A stretch of DNA of 64,000 nucleotides from Candidatus Berkelbacteria bacterium (GTDB taxonomy: Bacteria > Patescibacteriota > UBA1384 > XYA2-FULL-43-10 > 1-14-0-10-43-13), in the NCBI GenBank assembly GCA_037140515.1, contig JBAXEI010000002.1, positions 39,703-103,702 on the forward strand, read 5' to 3'. The stretch's first letter is position 1, and every line of letters begins with the position of its first letter. Positions 58,551 to 64,000 of this stretch are shown one piece after another. The notes under the pieces are model-generated. The model made no database searches and was not told the DNA's origin. It worked only from the letters and a program-made list of their open reading frames with translations. The translations under genes were made by a program, and so were the position numbers.

Positions 58551-58690
58551 AATTTTGATAAGAATGTGATGGTTTCATACTATTCATGCTTATCAAAATA
58601 AAACTCATGAAAATGAGTTGATAACGCAACTGACTTTGTGAATCGAAGATTTGCAAAGTAGTATCCCAAAATTTGTTTGGAGGAAATGCC

Positions 58691-59803
58691 ATGAAGCTTA
58701 TCACAACAGCTTGTCTGGTCATCTTATTACTTGTAGTGGCTCTTGCACCTGTGAGAGCTTCTGTAGCAAGTAGCATTGCAGCACCGCTGTACAACAGTAC
58801 AACGGTCCTGAATAATGCCGGGTTTAATCCGGTGGTCAAGTCCGCGGCTAGCGCCGAGAACAAGACTCCGGACGCAACATTACGTACAGGCACTTGGAGC
58901 ACGAACATCATTGTTCCGAAGTCCAGTGCAATGGCGCAGTTTAGATTTTTACTCATCGACATGAAAATTCAGGGTTTCGACCTTGGAAAATATACTGGAG
59001 TGAAAGTAAAAATCGACGACTCGATGATCAGCAAAGAGTCGATCAATCCTAATAAGTTAAAATCCGAATCAAAAAAAGGCGAAGTCTATGCAAACCCCGA
59101 AGGGGCTTACAAAGGCTCAACCCAATTTTGTAAGGGAAATTTGACACAGGGAGCTTTAACGCTTCGCGCCGACGGCGTTTTAGTTGTAGACACTAGCAAG
59201 CTGGATTTAGACCAGTACTGCTTAGAGTTTTCGCTAACTCACGAAGGCAAAGTAGTTAAAGATGATTGGCTCATCTGGATTCACATCACTAATCGTGAAA
59301 AGATGACAGACACCAATTCGTTTTACTTTACCCTTGTCAATCCTTCCAACTATCTTGACGATTACTGTCAGGCACAAGCCGGCACAAATTATCAGGATTC
59401 AGTTGGAAGACTCCAATCGGTTGCATTTTCGTCATATTATGATGAAATATTGAAACCGTATTGGAACTTGATCGATACCCCGATTTCTGCCAACTTAAAG
59501 GCAAATGCGCTTTGGCGCGATGTCAATAATGAGGCGAAGCCCCTGCAAAATACTGCTCCCGTCACAAAGGATTGTACCCATTGGGTACGACTCCAGAAGG
59601 ACGGAAAAGCGTTTAGCGGTTGGGTGAATCTGAAGGTGTCGGAAAATCAGGATGAACCTTCTTTGATCCAAGGCCCATTGATTCTTTTCAATGGTGCTAA
59701 GGTCGGTCCACAGAAAATGTGGATAAGAGAAGAAGGCAAGGATGCTTGGACGGTAAAAGTTATCGATGTCCGCCCGAATGGCGTGACCACAGTGACCCTG
59801 TAA
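58691..59803 (+). CDS. Secreted protein of unknown function (signal peptide).
   Basis: MKLITTACLVILLLVVALAPVRASVA. GGAGG RBS 7 nt upstream of the ATG at 58691 (the track starts at a TTG at 58673). GC-richer than neighbouring genes. Confidence 0.65.
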   Translation: MKLITTACLVILLLVVALAPVRASVASSIAAPLYNSTTVLNNAGFNPVVKSAASAENKTPDATLRTGTWSTNIIVPKSSAMAQFRFLLIDMKIQGFDLGKYTGVKVKIDDSMISKESINPNKLKSESKKGEVYANPEGAYKGSTQFCKGNLTQGALTLRADGVLVVDTSKLDLDQYCLEFSLTHEGKVVKDDWLIWIHITNREKMTDTNSFYFTLVNPSNYLDDYCQAQAGTNYQDSVGRLQSVAFSSYYDEILKPYWNLIDTPISANLKANALWRDVNNEAKPLQNTAPVTKDCTHWVRLQKDGKAFSGWVNLKVSENQDEPSLIQGPLILFNGAKVGPQKMWIREEGKDAWTVKVIDVRPNGVTTVTL

Positions 59804-59810
59804 GGAGGGC

Positions 59811-60725
59811 GTGATGAGTAAATTCCTAACTTTGGCCATGGCGCTACTGCTTGCAGTGGCCTCGTGGTCCGCCCGTCCCGCGGGCGAACTTCCCTTATTT
59901 GACAAAATCTGCCACACGAACCCTGTTCTTGAACGGGGTCTCGGTCCAGAAATCGTCACAAAGGGTTATTCTATCCAGGCACTTGGTCGCTATGATCGCG
60001 ATGGTAGACCGATGACTTATTATGAGTCATGGACTTCCGGACGGTCCGGCGAAGTGACCTGGTGTCGTTTCCGTGTTGGTGAAGCAGTCGAAGCAAAGAA
60101 AACAGGAGTTCGAGACATAGTTCTCGAAAAAATCCTTTTCGGCGTAGAGACCTGGGAAGCCAAACGAATCGTCCGATGTGGCAATCCTACAGCAATAACT
60201 TTCTATTTATGGAAAGTAAAACCTGTGGCAGCCTCAAAAAACGGTTTAAACGGTAAAAACGGCCGAAACGGTCATGACGGTAAACCCGGTCCAAAAGGTG
60301 ATCGTGGCGAAACCGGCCGACCAGGCCGAGATGGAGTTGACGGCAAAGATGGTGCACAAGGCGAACAAGGACCTCCAGGTCCTCCTGCCGAAGTGTATTA
60401 TCCGCCGCAAACCCCCTTACCTCCAGTTTTAACCAATGAGTCATACGCACCCGAATTTCGGGTAAACTATGGCTCAAGCGAATTTCGCCAAGGTCTTCAG
60501 ATCTTTGGCGCGATCGCGATCGTCCCAACACCTGCTCCTGGCAAGGATGGGCTGAATGGTCAAAACGGGAAAAACGGTTTAAACGGTAACAATGGCAATA
60601 ACGGCTTAAACGGCCTACCTGGCCCAGCCGGTCCTCAGGGACCCGCCGGCCCATGTGGTCCAGTTGGTCCGACATATTGCCCGCCACTGCCAATCGGCAC
60701 AACCCCGCCACAACCTAATCTTTAG
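59811..60725 (+). CDS. Secreted collagen-like (Gly-X-Y triple-helix repeat) protein.
   Basis: Signal peptide. Two Gly-X-Y tracts of roughly 17 and 14 triplets, e.g. GKPGPKGDRGETGRPGRDGVDGKDGAQGEQGPPGPP and GKDGLNGQNGKNGLNGNNGNNGLNGLPGPAGPQGPAGPCGPVGP. Pro-rich C-terminus. AGGAGGG RBS. Confidence 0.75.
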   Translation: MMSKFLTLAMALLLAVASWSARPAGELPLFDKICHTNPVLERGLGPEIVTKGYSIQALGRYDRDGRPMTYYESWTSGRSGEVTWCRFRVGEAVEAKKTGVRDIVLEKILFGVETWEAKRIVRCGNPTAITFYLWKVKPVAASKNGLNGKNGRNGHDGKPGPKGDRGETGRPGRDGVDGKDGAQGEQGPPGPPAEVYYPPQTPLPPVLTNESYAPEFRVNYGSSEFRQGLQIFGAIAIVPTPAPGKDGLNGQNGKNGLNGNNGNNGLNGLPGPAGPQGPAGPCGPVGPTYCPPLPIGTTPPQPNL

Positions 60726-60884
60726 GTTTCTGGCACAATTATCCGAGGAACACTCTCTCTAAGTGAAAGAGTGTTCCCACATCTTAAGACAATAATTGAT
60801 TTTATTGCCTTAAGTATGTGAAAATACACGTAGAAAATTTTATTATCAAAGCTACGAAAAAAACACTATTAATTAGGAGAAAAA

Positions 60885-62072
60885 ATGAACTGTACTGAAA
60901 ACAAAACCAGCACAAAGTCAAAAATCGCTATTGCGCTTTTGGCGGTCGCTGGAGTCTTAGCAGGCGTATTGGCACCATTGGCTTCGGTCAAAGCTGTTGA
61001 TACTGTCGGCCCACGTTTCAACGTCTTGCCAGATGATTACAAGACTTTGCGCGGTGGAAACAAAACAAAAAATGAGCTGTCGAGAAATGCAGTAGTAACT
61101 GGCGTTGCTGGTGATACTGTCTCTGGCTTGGTCTATTACCACAATGATGTCTTGAACACCACTGCCAATAACACCAAAGTCAAAGTAACTTTTCCTGCAC
61201 AGACAACAAATAAAAAAGCGACTGTTTCTGTAAATCTGTCTGCTGACAATGCTGAAAACATTATCAACGACACGATGGAGATTCAGTTGGATCAGGACGC
61301 AAAACTAACATTCGTCCAGGGTTCAGTTCAGTGGTTACCAAACTTCACTGATACGACTAAGCCTGCTGTTGCCCTTCCAAACGGTCAAACAGGTAACGAA
61401 ATTATCACTCCAAATGGTGTTAATCTCGGTGGTATCAACGGTTGTTGGAATTATATCGGTTATGTCTATTTCTTAGTCAAAACTGATAAAATCGACCAAA
61501 AATTACCGGCTCTGAAGATTGAGAAAACTGTTCGTGACTTTACCGTAAATGAAGCAACTTTTGTAAAAGAGAATGAAGCCAAACCAGGCGATGTTCTTGA
61601 ATACAAGATCAGCTATTCAAATACAGGTGAAGGCCCAGCTGCAAACGTAACTGTAAGTGACGTTTTGCCAGCAAATGTAACATATCTTGCCAACACAACT
61701 GTTCTAAACGACGGTACTGGTGAGAAAATGGTTGCAGATGGTATCGCTCAAAGTGGTATCAGCCTTGGCGCAATTGCCAACGGCACTTCGGGCTATGTAA
61801 AGTTCAAAGCCCAAATCAGTTCTACTGTTGCTGCGGATCAAACATTGACGAATACTGGTTATCTTCTGTTCAACAAGCAAAACTTGTCTGATACAGCGAA
61901 AACCAAAATCGTAGTCAGTGTGATCGTCACTCCGGGTCAGCCTGGTGCTGGCAATCCATTGCCTCAGACTGGTGCAGAGACTTATATCATCACTGCGTTA
62001 ATCGTAGCTGCTGGATATGTCACTGCTAAATATCTGAAAAAAAGAAAAGAACTCGCAGAGTTGATCAAATAA
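60885..62072 (+). CDS. Cell-wall-anchored surface protein with a DUF11 repeat domain and a C-terminal LPQTG sortase sorting signal.
   Basis: Signal peptide. DUF11-like region GDVLEYKISYSNTGEGPAANVTVSDVLPANVTYL. C-terminal LPQTGAETYIITALIVAAGYVTAKYLKKRKEL, read as LPxTG plus a hydrophobic stretch plus a positively charged tail. Confidence 0.8.
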   Translation: MNCTENKTSTKSKIAIALLAVAGVLAGVLAPLASVKAVDTVGPRFNVLPDDYKTLRGGNKTKNELSRNAVVTGVAGDTVSGLVYYHNDVLNTTANNTKVKVTFPAQTTNKKATVSVNLSADNAENIINDTMEIQLDQDAKLTFVQGSVQWLPNFTDTTKPAVALPNGQTGNEIITPNGVNLGGINGCWNYIGYVYFLVKTDKIDQKLPALKIEKTVRDFTVNEATFVKENEAKPGDVLEYKISYSNTGEGPAANVTVSDVLPANVTYLANTTVLNDGTGEKMVADGIAQSGISLGAIANGTSGYVKFKAQISSTVAADQTLTNTGYLLFNKQNLSDTAKTKIVVSVIVTPGQPGAGNPLPQTGAETYIITALIVAAGYVTAKYLKKRKELAELIK

Positions 62073-62091
62073 CTTTGTAGAGAATATATAC

Positions 62092-62130
62092 AAAACCGCT
62101 CCGACTTATGTTGGGGCGGTTTTGTTTTGT
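62092..62130 (+). terminator. Rho-independent terminator.
   Basis: aaaccgctcc...ggggcggttt stem, followed by TTTGTTTTG. Confidence 0.55.
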
Positions 62131-62172
62131 ATTACAATTATGCTAAAGTGTAGATATTAATAAGGCAGATTT

Positions 62173-63207
62173 ATGGGATTGAAAGAAAAGCTCGAAGATC
62201 TAAAGATGATCTTGAAAATCGATAAGAAAAAATCTGAAATCGCTCAGATCGAAAAAGAGATGAATGAGCCTGATTTTTGGTTGGATGAAAAAAACGCTAA
62301 CGAAAAAAGTCGCAAACTGAAGAATCTGAAGGACGAAATCAAAGAGTTTATGGACGTTTATGAGATCGCTGAGATTGCTAACGACGAAGAGTTGGAGTCG
62401 ATGCGAGACGAGATCGAGAAGCTTGAGCTCTACTCAATGTTTACAGGCAAATACGATGATCATAATGCGATTATTAACTTTTACGCTGGCGCAGGTGGCG
62501 ATGATGCCCAAGATTGGACCGAAATGTTGCTGAAGATGTATTTGCGTTGGGCAGAAAGCAATGGCTTCCGTGCGATGATTATCAACGAATCACGTGGCAC
62601 AGAAGCGGGGATAAAGAGCGCCACGATCGAAGTTCATGGTCTCTATGCCTATGGAAAACTGAAGGTGGAATCTGGGGTGCATCGGCTTGTCAGACAGTCC
62701 CCATTTAACGCAAAAGCGCTTCGTCAGACATCTTTTGCCCTTGTTCAGGTGTTGCCCGAGATTGAGCAAGAAACAGAGCTTATAATCGATTCTAAGGACA
62801 TTCGGATGGACGTCTTTCGGTCCGGTGGCAATGGCGGACAATCAGTCAATACGACTGATTCGGCTGTGCGTCTGACGCATATTCCAACAGGGATTGTAGT
62901 CGGCTGTCAGAATGAGCGAAGCCAGTTACAAAATCGTGAAAATGCGATGAAAGTACTTCGTTCGCGATTGGCCCAGCTTATGCTTGAGCAACAAAAGGAG
63001 CGCTTGGAGGAGCTAAAAGGCGATTTCTCTTCGCCAGAGTGGGGAAATCAGATTCGTTCTTATGTTCTTCATCCGTACAAAATGGTCAAGGATCATCGAA
63101 CTAATTTCGAGTCCAAAAATCCAGACGATGTTTTGGCAGGAAACTTGAATGGCTTCATTGAGGCTCAGCTCAGACAGCTGATGAAATCAAAAACGACTGT
63201 TGAATAA
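62173..63207 (+). CDS. prfB: Peptide chain release factor 2, encoded as one uninterrupted ORF with no +1 programmed frameshift site.
   Basis: SPF tripeptide (RQSPFNA) and GGQ motif. Ends ...HPYKMVKDHRT. Confidence 0.9.
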   Translation: MGLKEKLEDLKMILKIDKKKSEIAQIEKEMNEPDFWLDEKNANEKSRKLKNLKDEIKEFMDVYEIAEIANDEELESMRDEIEKLELYSMFTGKYDDHNAIINFYAGAGGDDAQDWTEMLLKMYLRWAESNGFRAMIINESRGTEAGIKSATIEVHGLYAYGKLKVESGVHRLVRQSPFNAKALRQTSFALVQVLPEIEQETELIIDSKDIRMDVFRSGGNGGQSVNTTDSAVRLTHIPTGIVVGCQNERSQLQNRENAMKVLRSRLAQLMLEQQKERLEELKGDFSSPEWGNQIRSYVLHPYKMVKDHRTNFESKNPDDVLAGNLNGFIEAQLRQLMKSKTTVE

Positions 63208-63251
63208 AGTAAAAGTTTAGACGAATATTATATTAACTACAGTGAGGGGAT

Positions 63252-64000
63252 ATGGACAAATACCTAGCAATCTTTCAGGGATTAAAAGCACCAGCGATAC
63301 CAGATATTTCTGGCTTTAATATCAAGAGCAACGAACTGCTTTTGATTATACTTGCAATTTTAATTCTGTCATTTGTTATCGATCTCTTGCTTGTTAATTC
63401 GGTTTTTGGTCGAAGTTATCGGGTTTTCGTTGCTTTTGGCGTGATTGTGCACGAATTCTCGCACGCTCTGTTATGTATTCTTATGGGCGCGAAAATTACG
63501 AAGATTGCGCTTTTTGATAAACAGGGTGGTAGTGTTGAGCATACCAAGCCGCTTGTTCCGATCATCGGCCAGGTTCTGATTTCTCTTGCGCCGTTTTACT
63601 TAGGCGCAGTTGCAATATATTTTCTTTCGCTCTGGATCGGTTTGAAGCAAGTCGACCTAGGTAGCATTAGCCTGACTTTTGATGGGGCAATTCACTTTTT
63701 CAAATCGTTGATCGGAACAATTAATTTCTCGGATTACAAAAACTGGCTGGTCATCTATTTTGTTTTGTCGATTGCAGTCACGATGACTCCAAGCAAGCAA
63801 GATATCAAAAATGTGGCTTTTTCGCTTATTTTTATAGGCTTGGTGATTTATGCCATTTATCATTTTACGGCAATTCGTTTCAGCTTCGCTTGGCTACCAA
63901 TCGAAAAAATCACCGTGCTTTTGTCGACAGTGCTTGTTTTGTTGATTTTGTCTCTGCTTTTGAGTATCATTGTGTTTGCTGTTTCGAAAATGTTGAAACG
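63252..64000 (+). CDS. Polytopic membrane protein with an HExxH motif, putative membrane-embedded metalloprotease-like. Partial, running off the window end.
   Basis: Translated by hand: ...VFVAFGVIVHEFSHALLCILMGAKI... with at least 6 TM segments. No stop before position 64000. RBS GAGGGG. Confidence 0.45.
   Translation, partial: MDKYLAIFQGLKAPAIPDISGFNIKSNELLLIILAILILSFVIDLLLVNSVFGRSYRVFVAFGVIVHEFSHALLCILMGAKITKIALFDKQGGSVEHTKPLVPIIGQVLISLAPFYLGAVAIYFLSLWIGLKQVDLGSISLTFDGAIHFFKSLIGTINFSDYKNWLVIYFVLSIAVTMTPSKQDIKNVAFSLIFIGLVIYAIYHFTAIRFSFAWLPIEKITVLLSTVLVLLILSLLLSIIVFAVSKMLK

Noticed and set aside
58177-58660. Housekeeping RNA (RNase P RNA, tmRNA, SRP RNA) in the large noncoding gap.
   Set aside because: I could not find the conserved P4/CR motifs of RNase P, the tmRNA tRNA-like ends with the tag reading frame, or the SRP domain-IV motif. 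Left as a candidate novel sRNA pending cmscan.
59495-60711. Long minus-strand ORFs (154 and 174 aa) opposite the secreted-protein and collagen-like genes.
   Set aside because: A GC-rich, GGN-repetitive coding strand generates stop-free antisense frames. The + strand products have a signal peptide, an RBS and Gly-X-Y periodicity.

Overview
This 64 kb window has moderate-to-low GC and is gene-dense. Every credible gene lies on the + strand. The content looks like a reduced-genome, Gram-positive-like bacterium, consistent with Candidate Phyla Radiation/Saccharibacteria-type genomes; that lineage call is inference only.

Order of genes:
- 122..846: a small multi-TM protein that appears split by a +1 frameshift in an A8 tract.
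- 848..3181: a sensor histidine kinase.
- 3334..3582: an AbrB/SpoVT-family regulator.
- 3600..7420: a heterodimeric ABC exporter pair.
- 7452..9242: a DHA2-type MFS transporter.
- 9345..10583: DinB.
- 10.7..29.1 kb: an ~18 kb surface-protein module. It holds two tandem paralogous Gly-rich secreted proteins (884 and 847 aa), a 316-aa secreted protein, and one giant 4017-aa ORF. The giant ORF carries internal tandem repeats, four LamG/concanavalin-A-like modules and an NHL-like propeller region.
- 29.1..39.7 kb: a complete type IV pilus locus directly downstream. It contains PilN/O-like proteins, the PilB, PilT and PilC core components, a major pilin, the PilD prepilin peptidase and four minor pilins. 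A second paralogous major pilin sits at 41.5 kb.
- Housekeeping genes: trpS, rnhA, a SEDS protein, rplU-secE-nusG-rplK, a short Mfd, dprA, topA, recR, cysS, dus, prfB.
- 58.1..62.1 kb: a compositionally distinct (GC-richer) block. It starts with a 560-bp noncoding region that has a near-consensus extended -10 promoter, a candidate small RNA/peptide and two perfect 31-bp direct repeats. Three secreted or surface proteins follow, including a collagen-like Gly-X-Y protein and an LPQTG/DUF11 sortase substrate.

The most interesting candidate is the giant lectin-like surface protein together with the Gly-rich paralogs, physically coupled to the pilus operon. I read this as a possible host-attachment/adhesin system. 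No CRISPR, rRNA or tRNA genes were recognised.
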